Source: Chiloscyllium plagiosum (Eukaryota). Taken from it: a stretch of 54,060 nucleotides of DNA. The notes beneath the pieces were generated by a model. That model had not been told where the DNA came from. It was given only the letters and a program-made list of their open reading frames with translations, and did no database searches. Positions 1 through 12,268 of this stretch are shown in pieces. Location: NCBI RefSeq assembly GCF_004010195.1, contig NC_057718.1:54143773-54197832 (forward strand), given 5' to 3'. Both the position numbers and the translations under genes were made by a program. Positions within the stretch are counted from its first letter, which is position 1. The number at the start of each line of letters is the position of its first letter.

Positions 1-652
1 TTTCCTCATCCGTACAGGGAGCAAGAATCTCGTACCTGTTGGACAAGGTTAAGGGCTGAGGCTCCTCCACTCCTGAACTCCGGTTCCCCCTACCTGCCTC
101 ACTTACAGTCACATTCTGATGTCCCCGATCACTAACTGGATGTGAATTACTTAATCTCCCAGGTGTGACTGCCTCCTGAAACAAAGCGTCCAGGTAACTC
201 TCCCCCTCCCGGATGTGCCGCAGTGTTTGAAGCTCAGATTCCAGATCATCAACTCTGATCCGGAGTTCTTCCAGCAACCAACACTTGCTGCAGATGTGGT
301 CACTGCCGTTCACAATGGGATCAGCCAGCTCCCACATCATACAACAACAGCACATCACCTGCCCAGCCATCTCTGCTTAGTTAGTTAATTACTTAATTTG
401 TACAAGTATAAGTTAGAATACCTTCTGATACCTCTCTGCTATAGTTTTTTTTTACACTAAATAAGGACTTGATGTATACACACACAAAAAAAACGAAGTA
501 AATTTTTATCTAGCCCCTGGTAAAGAAATAAAAATCCTTACCTTAAAAGAAAAAGCAGAGTAGTTAAGAAGGTTAGAGGAGGAGGGTGGGTGGGAGATAC
601 TACAGGTGTAGAATCTCGGGTTTAGCCGCCTTCCTGACTTATACACTCACTG
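1..652 (-). mobile_element. 5' end (5'UTR plus ORF1) of a CR1 LINE continuing left of the window
   Basis: Open ORF1 at 2-370 preceded by a pyrimidine-rich leader on the minus strand; 5' boundary approximate. Confidence 0.75.
2..370 (-). CDS. CR1 LINE ORF1, N-terminal part (zinc-finger plus coiled-coil), open to the window edge
   Basis: Manual translation from ATG at 370 has no stop: MAGQVMCCCCMMWELADPIVNGSDHICSKCWLLEELRIRVDDLESELQTLRHIREGESYLD...LTLSNRYEILAPC. The CxxC..CxKC, leucine zipper and LSNRY motifs are typical of CR1 ORF1. Missing from the ORF track because it has no stop in the window. Confidence 0.85.
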   Translation of the reverse strand, partial: MAGQVMCCCCMMWELADPIVNGSDHICSKCWLLEELRIRVDDLESELQTLRHIREGESYLDALFQEAVTPGRLSNSHPVSDRGHQNVTVSEAGRGNRSSGVEEPQPLTLSNRYEILAPCTDEE

Positions 653-1229
653 GATGAACAGGAATCCATAAAATTAATTGAGGACACACTGCTACTTACC
701 ATAGCAATTTACCTGGCAATTACCCCAGCAAGATTTTGAGACAGCAGTTGGCAAACTGCACCAGAACGTCTGTCTGGGATTCTGCACTAGCTTGCTTAAC
801 AAATGAAACAAGAGTTTTCAAAATTGTATCAAACTAAGGCCTGATCAAGTCCTTGTGAGGCTTAATTGTATTTTTTGCTTTATATTGAATCATTCTGTTT
901 GCATGTCTCAACAGTTTTCACATTTGTAATAACCACAAAATACAGATCATTGAGGTTTGATCATTTCTACAATATTACATTCAGATCCTTCTAACATCTG
1001 CCACACTCAATGTAAATTTATATCAATTGTCCTTTAGTTTTCCAGGGTTATATATTCATGGTACATTGATGAGGTGATGCTAAATATTTTCTTCAAACAT
1101 CTTTAAACATATGCTGTTGGCTCCAGTCTTATTTTCCAGACAGAAAATTGCTTCAGAATTGAAATGGTTCTGTGTGATATTAGTAATGATTGTATGGTAT
1201 CTTTTTCCAATACTACAACCTGGATAGTC

Positions 1230-2030
1230 TACACAGAGATGGGGCCTTTGATTGAGTGCTAGTCAGATACTGTGTGATTAGTATCTTATTGATTGTATGA
1301 AAATGGCATGCCTGATGGAGAACTGTGACCATTTTGGTTTATACAATACATGCGTGATTATAGAAGTAGGGGACAGAATCAATATTGTTAAAGTTTACAG
1401 CTGATATCAAGTTAAAGGTTGGAAGATCAAATATTATGAAAGGGAAAAAGTAAATGGAGTGTCACTTGGATATGTTGTAAGGTCAAACTCCTGAATGACA
1501 AGTAACACAAAATGTGACCAAGTGCAATGCAATGGGTATAGAGAAGGGAAGTAAACATTAGAAATATAACTTAATACACCCAGTTTGTGGGCTGTCACAG
1601 CACAGAGATCCAGTGGCCATGGATCAGTGCAGTGTGGTGTGACAGTAAGAAAACTAAACTGGAATACATAGCAAAAGGATTACAACACAAATCCCAAGAG
1701 GTAATAATGAATCTGTGGTGGTACAGGCACAATTCAGGTCACTTCAATAGATGCAGGATAAGCAGCGAGAGTGCAGAAAAAAGCTCTTAAGTGTATAGCT
1801 ACCTTAAGTTAACTTAGTGATGACAAGAGCTGGAATTGTTTACTCTGAAACAAAAAGGCTTTAAAAGGGATATGGTTCTCACACTTGGAGTTGCTGAGTA
1901 AATAGATCAAAAGCTATGATCAGAAATTTGAGAAACAAAAGAATCTATTTCAAGCTTTGAAGGAGGAAGATTCACAGACAACGTAAACTGAATAACTTCA
2001 TCCAAGGAATGGGGCAGATGTGCAAAAAAT
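1230..2030 (+). mobile_element. Very old CR1/L2-type RT and 3' remnant
   Basis: Faint CR1 motifs, e.g. ctggaattgtttactctgaaacaaaaaggctttaaaagggatatg resembling LGLFSLEKRRLRGD. Confidence 0.4.
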
Positions 2031-2344
2031 GCTGCAAAATAAGAGTATTGTGTATCTGTGATTGTGATGATTGAGGACATTTATTTTATGACCAGCCAGA
2101 AATAATTCACAGCCTTTCCAGCCCTGTTTGTGTGTGGACCTGAATGTATTGGATGACAACACCTCCACTTATACCTCCTGATCCACACTGGATCTGGTGC
2201 TGTATCTGAGGTGGTTTGTGAAATCTCCTGAAAGCTGCACTTGCCTATAAGAGTAATTGGTGAACAGATTAAAAGGCACACAGCTAACAGAAATAAAAAT
2301 GTTCCTAGCCTTTTCAATATATATTTCAACTTTTACCAAAGGAT

Positions 2345-3075
2345 GGTTAATTGAGAAATTTGGCTGTCAAAATCCAGAGACCAGGGTGCTATATATGGAG
2401 GCAGGCAACAGAATCCAGAAACAAATGAAAGAGCCATGGGACCAGTTTCAGGCTTGATGTTTAGCAAAGTAGAGACCATGTGGAATGAGAGGTTGGTGGA
2501 GTATTTTCAGGACGAGAGTTGGTAGATTTTGGAATATTAAAGGAAATGATGGTAATGATGGAAGTTGGAGTCAAATTAGAAGATCAGCTATGATCTTGTT
2601 GAATTGCAGATATGGTTGAAATGGCCAAATGGCTGACTCTAACACCTGTTACTTATATTCTTATGCAATTTTTAAACTATTTAACATTGTCCTCATTGTC
2701 CTGAGATGTGAAGAATTGAAAACAATACATTCAAATGTCGTTAAACTCACACTGCATAATTTTACAATTAATATTAGAGGTGCTTTCATGTATCAGTTCT
2801 GATAAATGTTTTGGACACATGTTCACACTAGATTAACAGCAAACTTTAAGTATGTGATGTAAGAACAGACCATTCAGCCCTACAAGTCTGCTCTACCATT
2901 CAGTAAGATTATGGCTGATCTGTTTGTGACCGGCATTCCACATTTCCATCTATACCTTATAATCTTTGATTTCCCTGCCTAAAAAAAAGTTGTTGCCTCA
3001 AAAACATTCAATTGCACTGTACCAATGCCTTCTGGGGCAGAGGGTTGCAAAGTTACATGACCCCCTGAGAAAAAC
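2345..3075. mobile_element. CR1 3'-end fragments (+ at ~2345-2665, - at ~2865-3075)
   Basis: CR1 tail motifs gatcagctatgatcttgttgaat...ggctgactct...cttatg and the reverse form ccattcagccctacaagtctgctctaccattcag. Confidence 0.6.
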
Positions 3076-3934
3076 AACTTCAAAACTTTGAAACCAAAAG
3101 TTCTGATATCAGCTTATCAGAATGCAGCACAGCAATCACAGATCAGTCTGTTAACAAGCAGAAAATCAAAAGGAACCTTTCAAACACCAAACAAGCAGTA
3201 ACTCAGAAAAGAAAATGTAATAAAAGATTTGAGCTAATAACATGCAAAATCTGAAAGGGGCATTTTGCAAATACAGAACGTTCTTTATAATCAGGAAGCA
3301 GTGTTGAAGAAAAAGAATAATCAGTGACTTTAGTGCTCACCTCCAACAATTTACAAGTTTGGATATATGCATGGGAAGAAATAACAAGCTGTCTCATTTG
3401 CTGTCTCATTTTGTACTTGACAGAAGGTGCAAAAGAAGGACTGATTTTTCTAAAGTGACCAATCAAACATCTCTGAAGCATCTCAATCCAACTCACCAAT
3501 GGTTTCATCCCTGAAATGTGTTGAGCATTGCCCACTTGTAGGTCCATAGGCAATTATCTAAATAGAGCTTAATCCTCTTGAAGTCGCTTTTGGAATCTGA
3601 CAAAAAAAAACTCTTAATCCTTGGTCTCTTTCTCTTCCTTCTAGTATTCAATTGTTCAGTGTTTGATTGTGTGTGTCTGGAATCTTTCAATGTATCTGAT
3701 TAGTTAAGCCTGAATGTAGTGACTCAAAAATAAACTAACCTGTCAGAAAGCTGCTATAAGCATGTGTGCAAATATCTTAATCCATTGGGGTATTCACCCT
3801 TGCCACAAAATCAATGGATTTTGGAGTTCAAGGCTTATTTGTTTTCAGTGGGAATGAATAGTTCGGATGTAGATGGGGACTGTAAGAATGTACTACAGTA
3901 GAGAAGAAGGCCAGCAAAATATTTGATCAGCTCA

Positions 3935-4362
3935 CTTTGGAAATCACATCCCATGAGATCATAGGCCACCAACTCATCATTGCGGGTAATGCCACCAAGC
4001 AACGGGTAGTAGCGGTGGTAATGCATTCACCAGAGCCTCTGGATCAGTGGAAGAGCCAGGCCACAAATGTGTGTTGTTGGGATGGGTGTCACAGAGTGTG
4101 GGTGCTGGAGAAAGAGAATGTGCTCTTCAGTTCCCTCCAGATGGCAACTTACCCAGCTACCTGTGACCAAATTCCACCATGCATTTGCCACTAAAGGGTG
4201 GGAATGGGTGGTGGAGCTACAAAACTCTCTATGAGCCTTTCCACCTTGGACATAATTGGGGCAGAGTTGAGAAAGTGGCAGGGACCCATGCAGCACCACC
4301 CCATACGATTCAATTCCACAACACCCCATCTCCTAACTCGGGAGGGCACAAAATTCGGCCCA
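3935..4362. mobile_element. Degenerate non-autonomous DNA-transposon-like repeat (possibly Harbinger-derived)
   Basis: GC-richer block ending in gggcacaaaattcggccc, a terminus style I associate with shark MITE-like repeats. Inference only. Confidence 0.3.
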
Positions 4363-4684
4363 ATAGGTAATCATTATGCAAACAATGTTTCAGGTGTGGG
4401 CTGGGTAGGTCCAGCAACAAAACTATAGAACAACCAAAACCAAAGCTCCTTAGATGGCATGAGAGATATAAAATTTGATGAAACAAATAAAGAGGTTGTT
4501 GTTTACTAAATTCTTTAGTCAAGAATCATGCCAAATATGATAGCTTTTGAGGAAAATAAAACTGGCAAGGACAGAATATGTGAATGGTCTGCTGGTTAAC
4601 AGAAAGGCAACTCAAATGTCTTCTAACTGCATGCAAATTATAAGGAGGTTTGTGGGACTCATTAGAGACTAGGAAGGTGGTCAC

Positions 4685-5290
4685 ATATTTTCAGTCAACA
4701 TTTTCAGACATATAATGACACACCTAAGAACAAGATGGGACTTAAACCTGGACTCCCTGTTCCAGAGGTAAGTACACTACCACTGCGCCACAACGGCCTG
4801 CTGAGTCAACAACTAAGGGTCTTATACTCTGCCAACTGAGTGGCCTGGCATATTTAAACACTCAGTTAACAAGTTACAAACTGAGAGACCACCAACGCTC
4901 CAGTTTTTTAAATTGAAATCAACTTGTTTAGAAATTTGTTACATGCCTCTTTGCTGGTGGGACTTGAACCCAGGCCTGCTGGCTTACAGATAGGGATGCT
5001 TCCACAGTGCCACAAATCCTTTTTTCAGATATTTTTGAATTCAAATTCCACCAGCTGCCATAGTGGGATTTGAACCCAGATTCCTGGGGTATTATAATTA
5101 TTAGTTCACCAACTACTAGTTCAAGTGCCATGAATTCCCCCCAGTTAATTAACTCTTCAAATCGGACTTGGTCTAGATATTTTCAGACAACCTGTTCAGA
5201 CATGTTATGACACATTGCTGGAGCAAGTGGGCCTGAACTCAGGACTTCGGGACAAGAGAGAGGGGCACTACCATAATATCACAAATAACC
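4685..5290 (-). mobile_element. Cluster of four tRNA-derived SINE heads
   Basis: Reverse-strand A/B-box-like segments at ~4685-4795, ~4930-5015, ~5020-5110 and ~5175-5290 (e.g. gggacttgaacccagg, accactgcgccac). Confidence 0.6.
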
Positions 5291-6478
5291 CTAAGGCGAT
5301 GATGACATGTTTAGAGACACAGAGCAAGATTAGAAGATTTAATATCAGTGTTTACTAAGGAATTCAGACAAGCTTTTAGTAGAAGGGTGGATGGCAGAGG
5401 TAATGGATGGGATGAAAATTGATGAACAAAATATACTAGAAAAGCTTCTACACCTAAAATGATGAAGTAGCCTAGGTCCGAACAGTTTGCTAAAACCGTT
5501 AAAGGAAGTTGCAGTGGATATGGTAAAAGGCTTGCCTAATTATCCACATCCCTGAGATATAGGGGAGGCCCACACCATTTGAAAAGTGGCAAATAAGAGT
5601 CCTAGCTCAAGAGAGGATGTAAGAACATTCCTTTACTAAACATAATCATGGACCAATTCAATGGACGTCCATGATTAACAATGCCTTCTGAGGGCATGGT
5701 ACCTAAAGAGAGCAAGTATTGGGTCTACTTCTGGTTATCACACTTTCGGAAAGATGTGAAGGCATTTAAGAGTTTCACAAGCAATCAAATTAAAATTTCA
5801 GATCTCCTGCCCTGCCCTTTGGGGGGGGAGTGGGAGTGCAGGGGGTTGGGGCAGTGGTGTTCAGATATGTAGATCACTGGATAATCTTCCAGGGAAGGTG
5901 GAACCTGTATATGAAGAATGGGTTACATCTAAACTAAAGGGGTATAAGTATCCTGGCTGGAAGATTTGATGGTGTCACCTGGGAGAATGTAAGCTCATGT
6001 GGCAGGATGGGGTGGGAACCGGAGCACTAGGTCAGTAATTAGAGACTGAGGAAGAGCTTGTGCCTAAGGCAAATACAGCTAAGAGGGAGAGCAGTCAAAG
6101 AGAGGTTGCTGAGGTTAGCGGAACTGAAGGCTTGGACTGTATTTCCTTCGATGCAAGAAGTATAGTAGGTGAGGGGGATTAATTTAGAGCCTAGACTAAT
6201 GCATGCATGATGTGGTTGCTATCACAAACACATGGTTGAAAGAGGGGAAAGATTGATAGCTTAATACACCAGGATATCAAAGTTTTAGATGAGGCAGAGG
6301 AGGTAGGAAAAGAGGTGGGGGAGTTGCATTATTGGTTAGGAAGCATATCACAGCTATGTTGAGGCAGGACAGCCTGGAGAGATCTTGCAGTGAGACATTA
6401 TGGGTAGAGCTCAGGAATAGGAAGGGTGTAATCATAATGCTGGGATTGTACTACAGATCTTCCAGCTGCCAGCGGGAG

Positions 6479-7076
6479 TGTGGTGTAAAATTCCAAGCAG
6501 TGGAATGTGGTGAAACGGTTAAAAATTATGTCCCAATACATGTGTGAATCTAACCGGAATGGAGGTGTTGCTTAGTCCCGTGTGAATCTTATTACACACC
6601 TTCCCGTGTGAATCTTCTTATCTGTATGTAACCAGAATGGAATGTGTTTTTTAGCCTTGCTCTGCTCTAACCGAAAATGGAAGGTGTCGCTTAGTCCCGT
6701 GTGAATCTTGTTATACACCTTCCCGTGTGAATCTTCTTATCTGTATGTAACCAGAATGGAATGTGTTTTTTAGCCTTGCTCTGCTGTTCACATGAATGTT
6801 TATATCTGGAAAAGAGTATATCAGCTGGAAAAGTCTCCAGTTCGGTGAGTCTGCTCCGGGGTTACGTTTAACCGCCGAGCGTGGGTTGTTGGCAACCGCT
6901 CTACGAGAACTGTCGGCTCCCAGTTCCGGTAACATGTAGAGTGAGTATAAGCCGGACCCGTTGTGGCGACGCTGCGGGGAATAAAATGCCCATATTCTAG
7001 CAGACTCGCCTCTTGGTTGTTTGTTCTGTGTCAGACTACTCTCCTACGAACCTGACCTTGAGAATTTTTTAAAACA
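6479..7076 (+). mobile_element. Young solo LTR (598 bp) of an LTR retroelement or ERV
   Basis: TGT...ACA termini; perfect 5-bp TSD GGGAG (6474-6478 and 7077-7081); TATA-like sequence ~6817; AATAAA 6980-6985; CpG-rich; splits the CR1 endonuclease frame. Confidence 0.9.
6549..6784 (+). repeat. Tandem duplication (117 and 119 bp) within the LTR U3
   Basis: 6549-6665 and 6666-6784 are near-identical; the sub-repeat cccgtgtgaatctt occurs four times. Confidence 0.95.
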
Positions 7077-8721
7077 GGGAGCTAGAGGAAGAGATATGCA
7101 GTCAGATTCTGGAAAGATGTAAAACTAACAGGATTGTTGTGGTGGGTGATTTTAACATTCCCCATGTTGACTGGGACTCCTTTTATGCTAGAGGTTTGAT
7201 GCAGTGCAATTTGTTAAGTGTGTCCAGAAGGATTATTTAAAACAGCATGTCGATGGTCCAACAAGGCAGGGGCCATACTGAAACTGGTATTGGGAAATGA
7301 GCCTGGCCAGGTGCATAAAGTTTCAGTGGGAATTATTTTGGAATAATGACCACAGTAACTAGTGATGTTCCACAGGAATCAGTGCTGGGACCTTTGTTGT
7401 TTGTCATATATATAAATGATCTGGAGGTCTTTCGTAAATTTGTGGATGACACCAAAATTGGTGGAGTTGCAGGTAGTGAGGAGGATTGTCAAAGGATACA
7501 ACAGAATATAGAGAGATTATAAATTTGGACAGGGATATGGCACTGTAATTTAATCCAGACAAATGTGAGGTGATGCATTTTAGAAAATGAAATTAAGGTG
7601 TACGTTGTACAATAAATGGCAGAACTCTTCGAAGCATTGACATACTGGAGGGATCTGCAATTATAGGTCCACAGATCCCTGAAAGTGGCAATACAGGTGG
7701 ATAAGGTGGTCAAGGCAGCATACAGACGCTTGTCTTCCTCAGCAAGGACATTGAATGTAAAAGTTGGCAAGTTATATTACAGCTGTACAAAACTTTTGAC
7801 ATATTGTGTACAGTTCTGGTTGCCACATCACCAGAAGGACATGGATGCTTTGGAAAGAGAAGGTTACCAAGATGTTGCCTCGTCTAGAGGGTTTTAGTTA
7901 TGAGGACAGGTTGGTTAAACTCGGATTGTTTTCACTGGAAAGACACAACCTAATAGAGGTCAACAAAATTATAGGGTGAATAATCAGAGGCTTTTTCCCT
8001 TTGAAAACCCTCCTCACGACATGCAACTCCACCAATTTTGGTGTCATCCACAAACTGACTAATCAGACCACTGACATTTTGTTCAAGGTCAACTATAAGA
8101 GGGCACAGGTTTAAGGAGAAGGGGGAGATTTTTGGGGAGAAGAGCAGGGAAAATTTTTCACGCAGGCAGTTAGCAACCTTTAAGGCACTTCTTTATAGAC
8201 ACATGAACGGGACACAAATAGATACCACAAATGGACAATAAGTAGCAGGGCTAAATAAAGATTAGGAATCTCCACAGGCTTGGTGGGCTGACAGCCTGTT
8301 CTTGTGCTATAGCGTATTGTATTATAACATCTGAAATCTTGACTTGTCCAAATCCCAGTCGTTCATTTTTTGTCCTGTATTAAGTGCTGCTCATTCAGCA
8401 CCCTATCTTAACTGCCAACGCTGTCTCCATTTCTGCAGAGAACTGAATCAAGCAATTCAAATTCTTGTGTAGTCACATTATCACTGTGAATCTTTCCAGC
8501 CTGTGGCCCTATTTATTTCTTTGGTCCTTTCTTTGAAAACAGGCCTTTATTTACTTTCGCCCTTCAGTCACCGTAACTCTTCTCTGGAACTTCCTTCCTA
8601 AACTCATCTACCTTGCCACTTCTCTCTCCACGGGTTTTCAGCCACTTTTCTTAACTCATTCCATTTATTTTCTTCTCTTCCACCTTGAGATGTTCTCTAC
8701 AATTAAAGAAAATAATCTGCT

Positions 8722-8868
8722 CTGACATTTCAATACAGTGATGGAGTGCTGCACTTTAAATGAGAATATTAAACCAAGGTTCCATCTGCCGGTTCAGATG
8801 GATGTAAAAATGTTATGGCACTATTCACAGAATAGCAGTCATTTCCCTAACCAATGTTCATTCTTCAA
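8722..8868 (+). mobile_element. Deu-domain SINE remnant (SacSINE1/AmnSINE1-like central domain)
   Basis: ggagtgctgcact...atgagaatattaaaccaagg...atctgcc..tcagatggatgtaaaa...atggcactatt follows the Deu-domain consensus as I recall it. Confidence 0.7.
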
Positions 8869-11624
8869 TGTACAGGATAGATTGGGACAGAAATTGGATA
8901 TAATTGCGGCCAATTAGACCCAATTTCAGGGCCCTATACCCTGCACAGAAAAACAACTGAAAAATAGCTGACCTGAAATTGAGTTGGATTGTTTTCAAGT
9001 GCCTGGCTAAAATTGGCATTGGGTCCTTGCATATGCTGATGAGGGGATTAATGTCTGCTCTAAATTATGTTGCCATTTTCATCAAAGATAGTTGAAGTCA
9101 CCCAGAATTCTTCAAACATGTGGCTTCTTCCACACAATGAAAAAGGGCTCACCTATAAACATTGTACAAACTAACTACATCACATTAATTCAGCTTTCAT
9201 GTTATTTTTAATGTGCTATTCACAAAATAAATTTGTATAATACAAACATTAAAATCATAATGTCATAAAATTTGCATGGTTTTGTTTTGTTCTCCTGTTT
9301 AAAAAGTTTAACTATGTGAACGAGCTTCCACTCCTAGGCATTTTTAATTATCTCTCTTTCCATTATGTTGGCTAGTCTGCTGAGTATTTCCACTATTTCT
9401 TGCACTTATTTACTGTTGTAAAGTAAGAAGTGGGTAAATATACACTGATTAACCTTGACTAGTTTGCAGTAACACTTTTTAACTCAGACACATTAGGAGG
9501 TGAGATAGACAAGGAGCCGGAGAAGGTCCTACACCTCTTTCTTCAACACATTATCAAGGAAAAACAATATTTATCAGAGTCTACTATTGTACTCTAATTC
9601 AACTCTATCAATTTCTTCACATGACTCTTCAAAAACAGAGTCTTAATTTTTTAAGTAAACAGTTTCATATCTGCAAAAATTATCTACTTGCCCCAACCAC
9701 TGTACTTGAACTGAAAGGACTGATAATACTCATTCACAAGCCTGGGAAAGGCTATTCCTTGGTCTTTGAGGGTTGGCTGATGTTTCAGGATCTACAGTCG
9801 TTGATTTGGGTTTTACCTCTCACCTAAAGTTGGTTCTCGTATTTGGGTTGTCTCACAGAGGTGGTCTCTCTGGTTACACCATTGAAGAAGATGCAAAAAG
9901 CTGGAGCCCCTTTAATCACCCTCTGCACACCATTCGAAGACCCTGTGGCTGTGCCCAACATTCATATCGGACAGGGGTTGGGGGCAGGAAGATCCAATGA
10001 GGTGGTGACTTTCTGTATTTGGAGGATGCAGAACATGGCTTTGAACCTTCAACAGTCAGGTGCTGTCCTTGTCACATTGTGCCTCTGACCTCCTACTGAG
10101 CCGGGTGCCACCAAGTCTACATAGCATTCATCTAACAAAGGAGGTTCGCCGGAGGTATAAACAATGTGGCATTTAGCCCCTGGCCAGGCAGTTCCAGGCC
10201 TGTCTGGTTTCAACAGGAAGTTGATTGTCCAAGGCCTAGCTGCATGAGTACTGCCTCAAAGTTTGCAAATTAAAGTCTGGCTCGGCCTAAACTCGGCTTC
10301 TATATATTGAGCTTCTATCCATGCTCATGAGAAAATAACAATATTTCCTGTAAAAACCCTGGAGGTCATGGGTCACCTGATCATGTAACAATGCAGCATT
10401 CTGTTACATTAGTTAAATTTATGGATTTATATCAGTTTGAACTTTTATAACTAATCTAAAATGTTTGTATTTTTTCATGGGTTTGGATTGTGATTTTAGC
10501 AGAACTTGACCATTTCATTTTATACTTACAGAATTACAGAATGGCGGCATTGCAGAAAGAGGCCATGTAGACCAATGTTTTCTGTTCCAACTTTCAACTG
10601 GCACAACTCCCTTCATATCATTTTTCCTCCTTCACCCTGTCACCCTAAGCTAAGATGGTCAAAGCCATTCTGAGACTCATCTTTAATGAAGAAGCCAGTC
10701 TGTAATCAGTCAAATATAATTAATCAAAGAATGACACTAATTAGACGCCAGTCAGAAATGGATGATTGCATAAGTAACTTAGCTTCAATTCATTATAATT
10801 GAAGATTTAATACGTAAAACTCAATTATTTTTAAATTCCAAATTTTAATTTTGAATGTTAAGTGTAGAGATTCTGTAAGAAAGTATGCAGTTTCTGTAAG
10901 AAGAAATCTGATAAGAACAATTAACAGTGAATTCTTCCTGGCCTTTTTTACCCTTATTCAGAACTGAAGACTGTAGAATCAATGGCGGGTTTGTGCAAGG
11001 TTAAATAGGAGAAATACATTAAACACTTCCATTGTATTCATATCTAAGAAAAATTGTGCAAACCGCTTAAGACTAATTGAATTAACCTAATGGCAGGCGA
11101 GGAGGGGGAAATTGCTTCCGACTTTTTAACCATGTCAGTCAGCTGCAATAAATATTTTCCTTTCCTTCTCGCGCACAGATTATCACATTTAAATTAAAAT
11201 TTAATTAGCTGGATCAAAATGAAGGAGCCACATTATAAGAGTTTCTAGACTGATAGAATGAGAAAGTAAAATGGAACACAAAATCAAACACATATATAAA
11301 CACAAGAAGTAAGTTTCTCAGGACAAAGTTCTGGGATGGTCAGGAATAATACTCTACACAGTTCTTTAAGTTGTTAGAGTCTTGAATGTTAGATTTAAAA
11401 CCTGAGGCCAGTTGAATAATTGCTGACTCATAATCTGCAGTAATGACAAGGTTAATAGATCTTGAGTTTTTGATGAACTGTTGTTGTCCCAGTTTGTTTT
11501 TCCACAGGCCACTGACTTATTTAAGAGAGGCTTTGGGCATCTTGTCGTTATCACTTCATAGTTCTTGCTCTCTCTGCTTTGCTACCAAAAGCAGTTATTG
11601 ATTAAAGTCCATTTGTTTATTCAG

Positions 11625-12268
11625 GAGTCATGAAGTCATCATCATAGAAACAGATCCTTCGGTTCAACTAGTCCATGCTAACCATGTTCCCAAACTAACT
11701 TACTCCCACAAGCCTGCACTTGGCCCATATCCCTGCAAACCATTCCTATTCACAAACCTATCCAAATATCATTTAAATGTTGTAACTGTACCTGCAACTT
11801 CTGCTTCCTCTGATAATTCATTCCACATGAACTACTCTGTGTATATAAAAAAAGTTGCCCCTCATGTCCTTTTTAAACCTTTCCCCTCTCACTTAAAAAA
11901 TATGCTCCTAGTTTTGACCCCCCACACAAGGGAAAAGGCCCTTGAAATTCACCTTACCTATGCCCCTCATGATTTTCTAAACCTCAATAAGGTCACCCCT
12001 CAACCTCCTACGCTGCAGTGAAAACAAGTCTTAACCTTTCCAGTCTATTTTTATATCTCAAATCCTCCAATCCTGGTAAAATCCTGGCCAAACTTTTCTG
12101 AGCCGTCTCCAGTTTAAAAATATCTTTCTCATAAAAGGGCAATCAGAACTGAACACAGTACTCCAGAAAAGGCTTCCCCACTGTCCTATACAACATCAAC
12201 ATAATGTCCCAACTCCTCCACTCAAAGGTCTGAACAATTAAGGCAAGTATGCTAAATGCCTTCTCACT
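11625..12268 (-). mobile_element. CR1 (HER1-like) 3' fragment
   Basis: Similar to the in-window copies at 19801 and 53202 (tail gagtcat..., aaggtcacccctcaacctcc). Confidence 0.85.

Larger units (their letters stand above)
5830..8325 (+). mobile_element. Decayed CR1 LINE (end of ORF1 esterase, APE endonuclease, internal deletion, RT C-terminus, 3' tail), interrupted by a solo LTR
   Basis: NGLHLN-like esterase end near 5920; ETLWVELRNRKG..LGLYYR endonuclease; GDFNIP at ~7145; VPQESVLGPLLFVIYINDL at ~7366; YCVQFWLPH. Confidence 0.85.

Noticed and set aside
2081..2329. ORF with superficial MAM-domain resemblance (CSFQE..W.R..SGPHT)
   Set aside because: Key residues are missing, the donor site is weak and no partner exons were found.
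6549..6784. Repeat-spacer-like pattern (cccgtgtgaatctt four times)
   Set aside because: The spacers are themselves duplicated; this is an LTR-internal duplication in a vertebrate genome, not CRISPR.
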